64,000 nucleotides of DNA from an uncultured Gammaproteobacteria bacterium (GTDB lineage: Bacteria > Patescibacteriota > Patescibacteriia > Buchananbacterales > UBA6539): positions 93,364-157,363 of the forward strand of contig CAZINP010000001.1 in assembly GCA_964540635.1 (NCBI GenBank), in the 5' to 3' direction. Below the pieces are notes generated by a model. That model did no database searches and had not been told where the DNA came from. It saw only the letters and a program-made list of their open reading frames with translations. Position 1 is the first letter of the stretch, and each line of letters begins with the position of its first letter. A program made the position numbers and the translations under genes. This document shows positions 17,549 through 26,397 of the stretch, piece after piece.

Positions 17549-17926
17549 ATGACCAAACTTAGCCGCTTAATCTTTTGGCTGCCAAGAGCCCTCTCCATCA
17601 TTTTTATTTTATTTTTAAGTTTGTTCTCGCTTGATGTTTTTGGAAACGGTTACAATTTTTGGCAGACCGTTCAAGCTTTATTAATTCACAACATTCCTTC
17701 AATTGTTCTGCTCATAATTTTATTGGTTGCCTGGAAATACGAACTGGTGGGAACAATCATTTATGCGCTATTTGGAATTTTATATTTTGTTCTGGTCTTA
17801 AAAACAATTTTGAACAATGGGTTTGAGTGGTTTTATTTGTCGTGGGTGTTTTCAATTTCGGGTCCGGCGTTTTTGGTGGCACTACTTTTTTTCATCGGTT
17901 GGTTAAAAAAGAAAAAAATAAATTGA
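17549..17926 (+). CDS. Hypothetical membrane protein (4 TM)
   Basis: WLPRALSIIFILFLSLFSLDVF and three more hydrophobic segments. Confidence 0.75.
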   Translation: MTKLSRLIFWLPRALSIIFILFLSLFSLDVFGNGYNFWQTVQALLIHNIPSIVLLIILLVAWKYELVGTIIYALFGILYFVLVLKTILNNGFEWFYLSWVFSISGPAFLVALLFFIGWLKKKKIN

Positions 17927-17951
17927 CAAAAAGGTTTTAAAATGATATAAT
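17923..17951 (+). promoter_or_regulatory. Consensus sigma70 promoter
   Basis: TTGACA-17-TATAAT with extended TG. Confidence 0.75.
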
Positions 17952-18003
17952 GAATATATCAAGGTAGAGAAATTGCTACCTTTTTATATTTGTAAAAATC
18001 AAA

Positions 18004-18765
18004 ATGAAAAAAACCAAAATAAAATTGGCTTCCAGTCTGGCCGTCTTAACTTTATTTTTTTGTTTTTATCCAAATTTTGCAGCCGCCAAGGCGGTTGATT
18101 CTGATGCAGACGGCATAAGTGATGAAAAAGAAACAAGCTTTTTCCATACTGATCCAAAAAATCCCGACACCGATGGTGATGGCATTAATGATTGGCAAGA
18201 AATTCAAGACGGCTCTAGTCCGCGCCACGCTGGCAACGTCAGACTGTCTTCTCTGGATTCAGACAACGACGGCTTAATTGACAGCTGGGAAATAAGAATT
18301 GGCACCGATTTATTAAACCCTGATTCAGACAACGATGGCTATTCGGACTGGACAGAGGTCAAAAACAGCTACAACCCCAACAATCAAAACCGTGTTAAGA
18401 TCGAAAAACTGATTAAGGTTTCAATCGCCGATCAAAAACTGGCTTACTACTTTGGGAAAACCAAGCTTGATGAATTTAAAATCTCAAGCGGTGTTAGGGG
18501 TATGGAAACGCCACAGGGGGAATTTTCTATTTTAGACAAAGTGCCATCAAAAAATTACGGTGGGTACGGCTACAACTTTTATTACCCTGATACAAAATGG
18601 AATTTACACTTTACCACTAAAAAATATCGTTACTATATCCACGGCGCTTATTGGCACGACAAATTTGGCCAGCCGATGTCTCACGGTTGTGTTAATGTGG
18701 CCTACAAAGACATGGAAAAGCTTTACACTTTTGCCCAGGTAGGCACAAAATTATTGATAAATTGA
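18004..18765 (+). CDS. L,D-transpeptidase with Ca-binding DxDxDG repeats
   Basis: DSDADG/DTDGDG/DSDNDG repeats; IHGAYWH...SHGCVN YkuD motif. Confidence 0.9.
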   Translation: MKKTKIKLASSLAVLTLFFCFYPNFAAAKAVDSDADGISDEKETSFFHTDPKNPDTDGDGINDWQEIQDGSSPRHAGNVRLSSLDSDNDGLIDSWEIRIGTDLLNPDSDNDGYSDWTEVKNSYNPNNQNRVKIEKLIKVSIADQKLAYYFGKTKLDEFKISSGVRGMETPQGEFSILDKVPSKNYGGYGYNFYYPDTKWNLHFTTKKYRYYIHGAYWHDKFGQPMSHGCVNVAYKDMEKLYTFAQVGTKLLIN

Positions 18766-18786
18766 GATTTGTGGTAAAATCTAGCT

Positions 18787-20550
18787 ATGGAAATCACACA
18801 TAAAACTCTAGTCCAAAGCAAGGCCGAAAAGGCTGTTTTTGCTGAAATTAGCGAAAAACTAAAAACGGCCCTAGGCAAGGACTTTAATAAAAAATTTATC
18901 AGTATTGATTATCCGGCAAACGGGGTAAAGGCTGATTTTTGCGTGCCCTGTTTTTTGATGGCTAAAAAATATAAAAAATCTCCGGCCGAAGTCGCCAAAG
19001 ATTTAGCGGAAAAAATTACGGCCGGTGAAATTATTTCACGAACCGAAGCCGTTGGTCCATACTTGAATTTTTATTTAAACCCGGAAAAATTCAATCAATT
19101 GGTTCTAACCGAAATTGCCAAAGCCAAAGAAGATTATGGGAGCAGCAAAGTTGGCAAAAACGAAAAAGTAATGATTGAATTTTTTTCACCCAATACCAAC
19201 AAACCTCTCACCATTGGCCACTTGCGCAATCTTTGTTTAGGTGCCAGCTTGGCCGAATTAATGAAATTTACCGGCCACAAGATAATAAAATCAACAATTT
19301 ATAATGACCGCGGCATTGCCATTGCCAAGGCCATGGTTGGCTATCAAAAATGGGGTGAAAACAAAACTCCGGCTCAAGCAAACTTAAAACCCGATCACTT
19401 TGTCGGCAGTTTTTATATTAGATTTTGCAGCCAAGCCAAAGACGATCAAAATTTGGAAAAAGAGGCTCAGCGCATGCTTATTGCCTGGGAAAAAGGGCAA
19501 AAAGAAACCAAGGCCTTATGGCAAAAATTAATGATTTGGGTGCTTGACGGCTTTAAGGAAACATTAAAAAAATTAGGCGTGCCTTCTTTTGATGAAGAAT
19601 ACTATGAAAGCGAATACTACCAAGAGGGCAAAGAAATTGTTGAGCGCGGACTAAAAGAGGGGGTTTTTGTTAAAAGCCCTGAGGGTGTAATTTTAGCCCC
19701 GCTGGAAAAATACGGCTTGCCGGATAAAATCGTTTTAAGGCCGGACGAAACCGCACTATACATCACTCAAGATTTATACTTAGCTTATCTTAAAAACAAA
19801 CACAAGCTTGACCAATCAGTTTATGTCGTTGGTTCTGAACAAGATTTATATTTCAAACAATTGTTTAAGATATTAGAGCTGCTCGGTTTTGAAAAAGCAA
19901 AAAATTATCATCACTTATCTTATGGCATGATTCGTTTGCCGGACGGAAAAATCAAATCAAGAGAGGGCTTGGTGCCCGGAACCGGCGCCGATGACTTAAT
20001 GGCCGAGTTGGAAGAATTGGCGGCGGCCGAAATTAAAAAACGCGAACCGGAACTTGATTTGGCTGAGCTAAAAAATCGCGCCAAACAAATTTCTTTAGGC
20101 GCTCTTAAATACTATATCTTGGCCGTAAAACCTCAAACAACCATGGTTTTTGAGCCTCAAAAATCAATTGCCTTGGTTGGCAAAACCGGACCATATTTAC
20201 AATATGTTTTCGCCAGAATCAGCAGCATCTTTGCCAAAGAAAAAATTAAAAAAGTGTCAGCCAAAGTTGATTTTTCTGCCTTAACCGATGAGCTGGAATT
20301 GAATTTGTGCAAAACCCTATCACAATTTCCGCGCATCATAAATTCTTCTGTCCTTGAATATGATACATCAATTTTGGCCGGATATTTGTTTGATTTGGCC
20401 AAAGACTTCAGCTTATTCTACGAAAAATTGCCAGTATTACAAGCTGAGGCAAAAACCAAAGCCGCCAGATTACTCTTAATTAACGATGTTAAAATTGTTT
20501 TAAGTACCGGGCTTAACCTGCTGGGCATTTCTGCCATGGAAAAAATGTAA
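18787..20550 (+). CDS. argS: Arginine--tRNA ligase
   Basis: EFFSPNTNKPLTIGHLRN, YVVGSEQDLYF, GKTGPYLQY, ARLLL...GLNLLGI..EKM. Confidence 0.97.
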   Translation: MEITHKTLVQSKAEKAVFAEISEKLKTALGKDFNKKFISIDYPANGVKADFCVPCFLMAKKYKKSPAEVAKDLAEKITAGEIISRTEAVGPYLNFYLNPEKFNQLVLTEIAKAKEDYGSSKVGKNEKVMIEFFSPNTNKPLTIGHLRNLCLGASLAELMKFTGHKIIKSTIYNDRGIAIAKAMVGYQKWGENKTPAQANLKPDHFVGSFYIRFCSQAKDDQNLEKEAQRMLIAWEKGQKETKALWQKLMIWVLDGFKETLKKLGVPSFDEEYYESEYYQEGKEIVERGLKEGVFVKSPEGVILAPLEKYGLPDKIVLRPDETALYITQDLYLAYLKNKHKLDQSVYVVGSEQDLYFKQLFKILELLGFEKAKNYHHLSYGMIRLPDGKIKSREGLVPGTGADDLMAELEELAAAEIKKREPELDLAELKNRAKQISLGALKYYILAVKPQTTMVFEPQKSIALVGKTGPYLQYVFARISSIFAKEKIKKVSAKVDFSALTDELELNLCKTLSQFPRIINSSVLEYDTSILAGYLFDLAKDFSLFYEKLPVLQAEAKTKAARLLLINDVKIVLSTGLNLLGISAMEKM

Positions 20551-20553
20551 AAT

Positions 20554-20856
20554 ATGGAGAGAAGAAAACCATTTAATGATCAAGACGGTGAAAGAAACAG
20601 AATAATCAATGAACAGATTATTTTTGCACAAGAAAGTGGAAAACGTAATGGATTTGAAATAGGTCAAACCGTTGCCCACCCGAGCGATGATTTTGCCTAT
20701 GCCCTTAAAGAAATTAATGGCGACCAGGCTGTGGTTTGGTTTGGGCCGGGACGAGAAGATACGATCAAAATATTTCCACTGAATGAATTGTTTGACCCAA
20801 ATTTGTTAAAAAAAAGATCAATCATTAAAGATGCTTCCAAGCGTCAAGAAAATTAA
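20554..20856 (+). CDS. Hypothetical protein
   Basis: 100-aa ORF 3 bp after argS. Confidence 0.6.
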   Translation: MERRKPFNDQDGERNRIINEQIIFAQESGKRNGFEIGQTVAHPSDDFAYALKEINGDQAVVWFGPGREDTIKIFPLNELFDPNLLKKRSIIKDASKRQEN

Positions 20857-20877
20857 ATAACCATTAAACATAAAACT

Positions 20878-21057
20878 ATGGGAAAACCAACTGTTAACCA
20901 AGACACCTGCATCGGCTGCGGCAGCTGCGAATCAATCTGCCCGGCGGTTTTTAAACTTGAGGGCGGCAAAGCGCAAGTTATGGAAGCCGACTACGAAGCA
21001 AACAAAGAATGCATTGACGATGCCTTAAACTCCTGCCCGGTTGGCGCAATCAGCTAA
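20878..21057 (+). CDS. Ferredoxin (59 aa, monocluster type)
   Basis: MGKPTVNQDTCIGCGSCESICPAVF...SCPVGAIS; CxxCxxC and C-terminal CP; not in ORF track. Confidence 0.93.
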   Translation: MGKPTVNQDTCIGCGSCESICPAVFKLEGGKAQVMEADYEANKECIDDALNSCPVGAIS

Positions 21058-21070
21058 CCAGACAAATATA

Positions 21071-21100
21071 AAAAAGTCCGGACTCAAGTCCGGACTTTTT
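21071..21100. terminator. Bidirectional intrinsic terminator
   Basis: AAAAAGTCCGGAC-tcaa-GTCCGGACTTTTT between convergent genes. Confidence 0.8.
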
Positions 21101-21109
21101 TATATTTTT

Positions 21110-21385
21110 TTATTCAGCCGAGAGTTCGGCGCTTTTCAAATCCATGACCGGAATTTTTTTCACGTTATCCGTCACTACCATTTTATCCTTGTCAATAGAA
21201 ATCACTTGCGAAAAATCAACAACCAATTGCTGCGAAAGCAAATCTTTAATCAACCCCGTTTTTACAAAAAAAGTTATAATTTTTCCGGTTTCAGCTTCCA
21301 TTTCAAATCCGGCAATCTTGCCCAAGGGCACTGAGCTTTGCGTAAAAACCGGCAAATTAATCAATTCGTGATTTGAAAGATTCAT
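21110..21385 (-). CDS. PRC-barrel domain protein
   Basis: LINLPVFT..S..LGKI..F.M..ETGKI pattern. Confidence 0.75.
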   Translation of the reverse strand: MNLSNHELINLPVFTQSSVPLGKIAGFEMEAETGKIITFFVKTGLIKDLLSQQLVVDFSQVISIDKDKMVVTDNVKKIPVMDLKSAELSAE

Positions 21386-21390
21386 GTCTT

Positions 21391-22137
21391 TTATTTTATT
21401 TCAGTTGGATTGTTATTCTTTTTTTTAATGCCAAACATTAAATACTGCTGGGCAACGGTTAAAAGGGTCATGGCAAACCAATAAAGCACCAAGCCGGAAG
21501 GCAGAGAAAAACCGATAAAAAAAGTCATAAGCGGCATCATAAAAAGCATTTGTTTATTCATCATCGCCATCATATCCTCATCCTTTGCGCCTTCCTTATC
21601 TTTAATTTCTTTTGGCGGAGTTTTGGTTGAAAGCATTTTGGTCTGCCAAAACTGAGCCAAGGCGGTAATGCCGGCTAAAATTATATTGGGCTTGCTTAAA
21701 TCAAAAATGCCCAAAGAAATCGCATTCAGATGACCGGGATTGGAAACAAACGGATAAAGCAATTGTAGGCTTTCGGACTTTAAACCGCTGGCAAACACCC
21801 GATACACGGCAAACAAAAAAGGCAACTGAATCAAAAGTGGCAAACAAGATGACATCGGATTAACTTTATTTTCTTTATATAAATCCATCATTGCCTTTGC
21901 TTGTTGCTCCTTATTGTCTTTAAATTTCTTTTTTACTTCTTCAATTTTTGGCTGCAACTCTTGCATTGCCTTTTGCGACTTTATCGTTTGATGGGTCAGA
22001 GGATAAAGCAAAGCTTTTATGGCAATCGTTAAAATTACAATCGCCACCCCCAAGTCGTTGCCGGGAATTATATTATAAAGAAAAATCAAAGCATTAAAAA
22101 GCGGTTGAACAAGAAAGGTGGTAAAAAATTGAGACAT
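21391..22137 (-). CDS. yidC: Membrane protein insertase YidC (short form)
   Basis: MQELQPKIEEVKKK, NPMSSCLPLLIQLP, LPSGLVLYW. Confidence 0.95.
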   Translation of the reverse strand: MSQFFTTFLVQPLFNALIFLYNIIPGNDLGVAIVILTIAIKALLYPLTHQTIKSQKAMQELQPKIEEVKKKFKDNKEQQAKAMMDLYKENKVNPMSSCLPLLIQLPFLFAVYRVFASGLKSESLQLLYPFVSNPGHLNAISLGIFDLSKPNIILAGITALAQFWQTKMLSTKTPPKEIKDKEGAKDEDMMAMMNKQMLFMMPLMTFFIGFSLPSGLVLYWFAMTLLTVAQQYLMFGIKKKNNNPTEIK

Positions 22138-22143
22138 ATAATT

Positions 22144-22377
22144 TTATTTTAGCGGATCGTGGCCTCCGGCAGAAAACGGATTGCAGCGCAAAATGCGATA
22201 AATTGCTTTCAGCGAGCCTTTCAATAATCCATATTTATTAATTGCCTGATAACCATACTCCGAACAGGTGGGATAAAATCGACAACAACCAAAAGGATAA
22301 CGTCTTTTTAGGATGCCGTGATCAGGAGAAATGGTGTTTTGATAAAGCCTAATAATTGATAAAACTAATTTCTTCAT
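22144..22377 (-). CDS. yidD: Membrane protein insertion efficiency factor
   Basis: [22 protein letters not shown]. Confidence 0.95.
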   Translation of the reverse strand: MKKLVLSIIRLYQNTISPDHGILKRRYPFGCCRFYPTCSEYGYQAINKYGLLKGSLKAIYRILRCNPFSAGGHDPLK

Positions 22378-22385
22378 AATTTGAC

Positions 22386-22727
22386 TTATTTTAGCAATTT
22401 TGCTTTGAAAATCAAATCAGATAGCTGGTCTTTTATGCCCTGAAAGTCTAATTCCAAAGCTTGGGCGTTTGCTGTCAGGACTAAATCATATCCAACAATT
22501 ATTTTGTCTAAATTTATCCTAAATATCTCTCTAATTTGACGTTTTAAACGATTTCGAACAACAGCTTTTTTGCTAACTTTAGCGGAAATTACAACGGTTA
22601 AACGTATTCGCTCAAGATCATTTTTTGAATACTTTAAACGGAAATAGGGAGAATACACGGATCTCCCTAATCTTATAGTCTTTTTTATATCTTTTTCTTG
22701 ATGTAGGCGGTTTTTAGCCGGCAACAT
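22386..22727 (-). CDS. rnpA: Ribonuclease P protein component
   Basis: [18 protein letters not shown] (RNR motif); synteny. Confidence 0.95.
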   Translation of the reverse strand: MLPAKNRLHQEKDIKKTIRLGRSVYSPYFRLKYSKNDLERIRLTVVISAKVSKKAVVRNRLKRQIREIFRINLDKIIVGYDLVLTANAQALELDFQGIKDQLSDLIFKAKLLK

Positions 22728-22736
22728 ATTGAAGCT

Positions 22737-22874
22737 CTAAATACTCAAGCTTTTTCGACCCTTGGCTCTGCGTCTCTTAATCACATTTTTGCCGTTCTTT
22801 GTGGACATGCGTTTTCGAAAACCATGAGTCTTGGCCTTTCTGCGGGTATTAGGCTGATAAGTTCTTTTTGGCAT
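22737..22874 (-). CDS. rpmH: 50S ribosomal protein L34
   Basis: [45 protein letters not shown]; not in ORF track. Confidence 0.96.
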   Translation of the reverse strand: MPKRTYQPNTRRKAKTHGFRKRMSTKNGKNVIKRRRAKGRKSLSI

Positions 22875-23122
22875 AACAAAAATTTATTTAACTAGCTAAT
22901 ATAGCATAACAAAAACAACCCAATATGTCAAAAGTAGGGGCTTGACCATTTCAAATAAAAATAATAATTTAATATACACAGCTAATCCACAGGCTATTCA
23001 CGTTTAGGCACCATAAAACGTTTTTGTGGATAATTGGTTTGTGCTATAATAAAAAAGCTAAAAATAAATATAAATTTTAAGATTTATATTTATCATTTAC
23101 ACTGAATATTTATCTAAATTTC
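22875..23122. promoter_or_regulatory. rpmH-dnaA intergenic region with DnaA boxes
   Basis: Perfect TGTGGATAA at 23025-23033; near boxes ATATACACA (22972) and TAATCCACA (22983). Confidence 0.75.
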
Positions 23123-24496
23123 ATGGAGGAAAATAAAATTTGGCAAGCCGCTTTGGGAGAATTAGAACTGGCTTTATCAAAAGCGAATTTTACCACTTGG
23201 TTTAAAAACACATTTATCTCATCCATTGAACCGGATCAGATTATTATTGGTGTTCCCAATACCTTTACCAAGGCTTGGTTGGAAAAAAAATATCACAGCG
23301 CTATCTTAAAGGCTCTGCAAAAAATAACCGGCGCCAGAATTCATAATATTATTTATCGCGTTGAAACCAGGCTTAAAGCTGACGGCAACGAACCGGCTGC
23401 TCCTATCGTTGAGGTTGAAGAAAAAATTATTGAAAAAACCCCAAGCCATACCGCTGAACTTTCTTCGGTAAATGAATTCGGCTTAAATGCCAAATACAAT
23501 TTTTCCTCTTATATTATCGGCAAAGCAAACGAACTTGCCCACGCAGCGGCTCTAGCAATTTCGCAAAGGCCGGGAACGGTTTACAATCCTTTATTTATTT
23601 ATGGCGGCGTTGGTTTGGGCAAAACCCACTTGGTTCAAGCTATTGGCAATCAGATTTTGCGGCTCTATCCGGACAAAAAAGTATTATACGTTTCTTGCGA
23701 AAAATTTACGACCGACTTCATTAAATCAATCTCCAGCAATCGGGCGGATAAATTTAAAGAGACTTATCGCTCGGTTGATGTTTTGTTAATTGATGATATT
23801 CAATTTATGGCCGGAAAAGACGGCACTCAAGAACAATTTTTTCACACCTTCAACGAATTACACCAATCAAACAAACAGATAGTTATAACCTCTGACAGAC
23901 CACCAAAGGCCATTCCGGCCCTTGAAAGCCGCTTGGTTTCACGCTTTGAGTGGGGGATGATTGCTGATATTTCTACCCCCGACCTAGAAACCAGATCGGC
24001 GATTTTAAGGGCAAAATGCCGCGAAAAACTCTGCGAGCTTGAAGAAGATGTTATAAACTATGTTGCAACCAACGTCCAAAATAACGTTCGCGAGCTTGAG
24101 GGCGCTTTAAACAAGCTTTTGGCCTATAATCAGCTTAACGGCACCATTTTAAACCTAGAAAACGTTAAAAAAATCCTTTCCAGTCTTACCTCGGTTTCAC
24201 GCAAAAAATCTACCACCCCAAAACAAATAATCAATGTTGTCGCTGAATTCTACGATATCGCCGTGGAAGATTTAATTGGCAGCTGCCGCAAAAAAGATCT
24301 GGCTGAACCCCGCCAAATTGCCATGTATTTAATGCGCGAGGAATTAAAAAATTCTTACCCAACCATTGGGCAAGAAATCGGCAATCGCGACCACACCACA
24401 GCCATGCACGCTTATTTAAAAATTTCCAACATTATTAATCAGGACGAAAAGATTAACCAAGACATAAAACTGATTAAAGAAAAATTGTATAACTAA
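23123..24496 (+). CDS. dnaA: Chromosomal replication initiator DnaA
   Basis: YNPLFIYGGVGLGKTHL, LLIDDIQF, NVRELEGAL, RDHTT. Confidence 0.99.
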   Translation: MEENKIWQAALGELELALSKANFTTWFKNTFISSIEPDQIIIGVPNTFTKAWLEKKYHSAILKALQKITGARIHNIIYRVETRLKADGNEPAAPIVEVEEKIIEKTPSHTAELSSVNEFGLNAKYNFSSYIIGKANELAHAAALAISQRPGTVYNPLFIYGGVGLGKTHLVQAIGNQILRLYPDKKVLYVSCEKFTTDFIKSISSNRADKFKETYRSVDVLLIDDIQFMAGKDGTQEQFFHTFNELHQSNKQIVITSDRPPKAIPALESRLVSRFEWGMIADISTPDLETRSAILRAKCREKLCELEEDVINYVATNVQNNVRELEGALNKLLAYNQLNGTILNLENVKKILSSLTSVSRKKSTTPKQIINVVAEFYDIAVEDLIGSCRKKDLAEPRQIAMYLMREELKNSYPTIGQEIGNRDHTTAMHAYLKISNIINQDEKINQDIKLIKEKLYN

Positions 24497-24758
24497 TAAG
24501 CTTGGGATGAGTTGTTGATAAGTTAAAAAATTTTGTGGCCAGTTGTTTGGAAAAATTTGAGGATAAAATGAAAATCAACGGTGTATGAAAATCAGACAAA
24601 TTTAAAAGGTAAAATTTATCAAAAGGCCATCAACAATTATCAACAAAAAATATCAACAAGCAAATCTGTAAATCAGCCCAGTTTTAAAGGATAAAAAAAT
24701 TATCCCCAACAATCCACACCCCTTATTATAATAATAAATATATAAATAAGAAAATATT
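24497..24758. other. Probable oriC (dnaA-dnaN spacer)
   Basis: Cluster of DnaA-box variants (24513, 24627, 24637, 24650, 24700, 24710), then CCCC and an AT-only TAA/ATA-repeat tract (24723-24750); top strand appears more G/T-rich to the right. Confidence 0.8.
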
Positions 24759-25913
24759 ATGAAAATCTCCTGCACCCAAGAAAATTTAAATCAAGGATTG
24801 TTTGTTACCAGCCATATTGCTTCTAAGAGTACGGCTTTGCCAATCTTAAATAACATTTTGGTCCAGGCGGGAGTTAATGAAATTAAACTTTCAGCTACAA
24901 ATTTAGAGATGGGTATTACCTGTTTAATAAGGGGTAAGGTTGAGTCCGAAGGAGAGCTGACAATCCCTTCCAGGTTATTGGCTGATTATGTCTCAACTTT
25001 ACCAAAAGAAAGAGTTGACCTAACGGCTAATCAAGACGGAACCGACAGTGGCAGCCTAACCCTAACTGTGAAGTGCAAAAATCACTCAACAAAAATTAAG
25101 GGCCAGCCCGCGGTTGATTTTCCTCTTATCCCTCAAATTAATAAGGGCGAAGGATATTTATTAAATTATACTGAGCTTAAGCAAGCAATATCACAAGTTA
25201 TATTTGCAGTTTCAGCCGCTGAAACCAGGCCGGAAATTAATGGCGTTTTATTTAATTTTGAAAAAGATAAATTAATTTTAGCGGCAACCGACAGTTACAG
25301 GTTGGCCGAAAAAACATTGGCGCTTGATAAAAAATCGAAAGGAAGGGCTCAAAAAGTTATTGTTCCCACCAAGACGTTGCAGGAGTTATTAAGAATTTTG
25401 GGTAGTTTTAAGGATCCGGCGGCAATCTCACAACTTGATGAAATTGGCATTTATGTTTCAGAAAATCAAATTTTGTTTGTGATTGGCAGCATTGAATTAA
25501 TTTCGCGTTTGGTTGAGGGTCAATATCCCGATTATCAACAAATTATCCCTACCCAATCAAATACCATTGCCTCTGCCAGCACGGCTGAATTGATTGGGGT
25601 GACAAAAACCGCCAGCCTTTTTGCCCGCAGCGGAATTTATGATGTAAATTTGGAGTTCAGCCCGGAAAAGAAAGAAATAATTATCTCATCTGCCAATTCC
25701 CAGTTGGGTGAAAATATTTCAAATATTGGTGCCGAGGTCTCGGGCAAGGCTAATAATATCATTATGAATTATCGCTATTTACTTGATGGCCTTCAAAACG
25801 TTAATTATGACCAAGTTAAACTGGAGGTGATAGATGCAGCCAGCCCTTGCGTTTTAAGGCCGGCCCAAAAAGAAAGTGATTATTTGTATATTATTATGCC
25901 GATTAAACAGTAA
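24759..25913 (+). CDS. dnaN: DNA polymerase III beta sliding clamp
   Basis: LPILNNIL, ATDSYRLAE, SRLVEGQYPDYQQIIP, YIIMPI. Confidence 0.98.
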   Translation: MKISCTQENLNQGLFVTSHIASKSTALPILNNILVQAGVNEIKLSATNLEMGITCLIRGKVESEGELTIPSRLLADYVSTLPKERVDLTANQDGTDSGSLTLTVKCKNHSTKIKGQPAVDFPLIPQINKGEGYLLNYTELKQAISQVIFAVSAAETRPEINGVLFNFEKDKLILAATDSYRLAEKTLALDKKSKGRAQKVIVPTKTLQELLRILGSFKDPAAISQLDEIGIYVSENQILFVIGSIELISRLVEGQYPDYQQIIPTQSNTIASASTAELIGVTKTASLFARSGIYDVNLEFSPEKKEIIISSANSQLGENISNIGAEVSGKANNIIMNYRYLLDGLQNVNYDQVKLEVIDAASPCVLRPAQKESDYLYIIMPIKQ

Positions 25914-25937
25914 AAACAATAATTTAAACAGAGGCTC

Positions 25938-25962
25938 AGCCCCCGATTTGGGGGCTTTTTTT
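25938..25962 (+). terminator. dnaN terminator
   Basis: AGCCCCC-gattt-GGGGGCT then T run. Confidence 0.7.
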
Positions 25963-26043
25963 AACCCTTGACATAATCTAATTTTGTGATATTTTGTGTA
26001 TTATTAAAATTGAAGGCTCCAACCAAGGCAAAGGAGTATTTCT

Positions 26044-26307
26044 GTGCGCATAGTATATGTCAGTGACTCAAAGAGCCTTTTCGGACTCTTTCGTTGCACA
26101 AGTTGCAATCAAACATGGGCGCCGGGGAATTTGCCCAGACACATTAACTGTGTTGAAAAGCCGGACATTGAACTTGTGGTTGGCCCCGCGGCCTGTGGTG
26201 AACTTGAGAGCTGGGCCAAAAAACACGGTGAAGATGAACCCCATTTTTCCATGGGAATTTCGTTAAACGAGTTTCGCCGGCAAGTGTCAGAGTCGGCTAG
26301 GGTTTAG
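26044..26307 (+). CDS. Small hypothetical protein with CxxC...H..C (possible Zn-binding)
   Basis: TTGACA at 25968, AAGGAG RBS before GTG, own terminator 26331-26352. Confidence 0.6.
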   Translation: MRIVYVSDSKSLFGLFRCTSCNQTWAPGNLPRHINCVEKPDIELVVGPAACGELESWAKKHGEDEPHFSMGISLNEFRRQVSESARV

Positions 26308-26330
26308 TGAAAAATTGGTCTTTGTATTTG

Positions 26331-26383
26331 ACTCGCTTAGGCGAGTTTTTTTATAACCAAAAAGCCCGCTTGGAGGCGGGCTT
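26331..26383. terminator. Two back-to-back terminators for convergent genes
   Basis: ACTCGC-ttag-GCGAGT-T run (+) and AAAAAGCCCGC...GCGGGCTT (-). Confidence 0.65.
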
Positions 26384-26397
26384 GCTTTTGATAAATA

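Noticed and set aside
26013-26025. 13-bp match AAGGCTCCAACCA shared with 15699-15711 (ncRNA 3' stem complementary to this 5' UTR)
   Set aside because: Chance 13-mers are expected in 64 kb and the RNA segment is sequestered in the terminator stem
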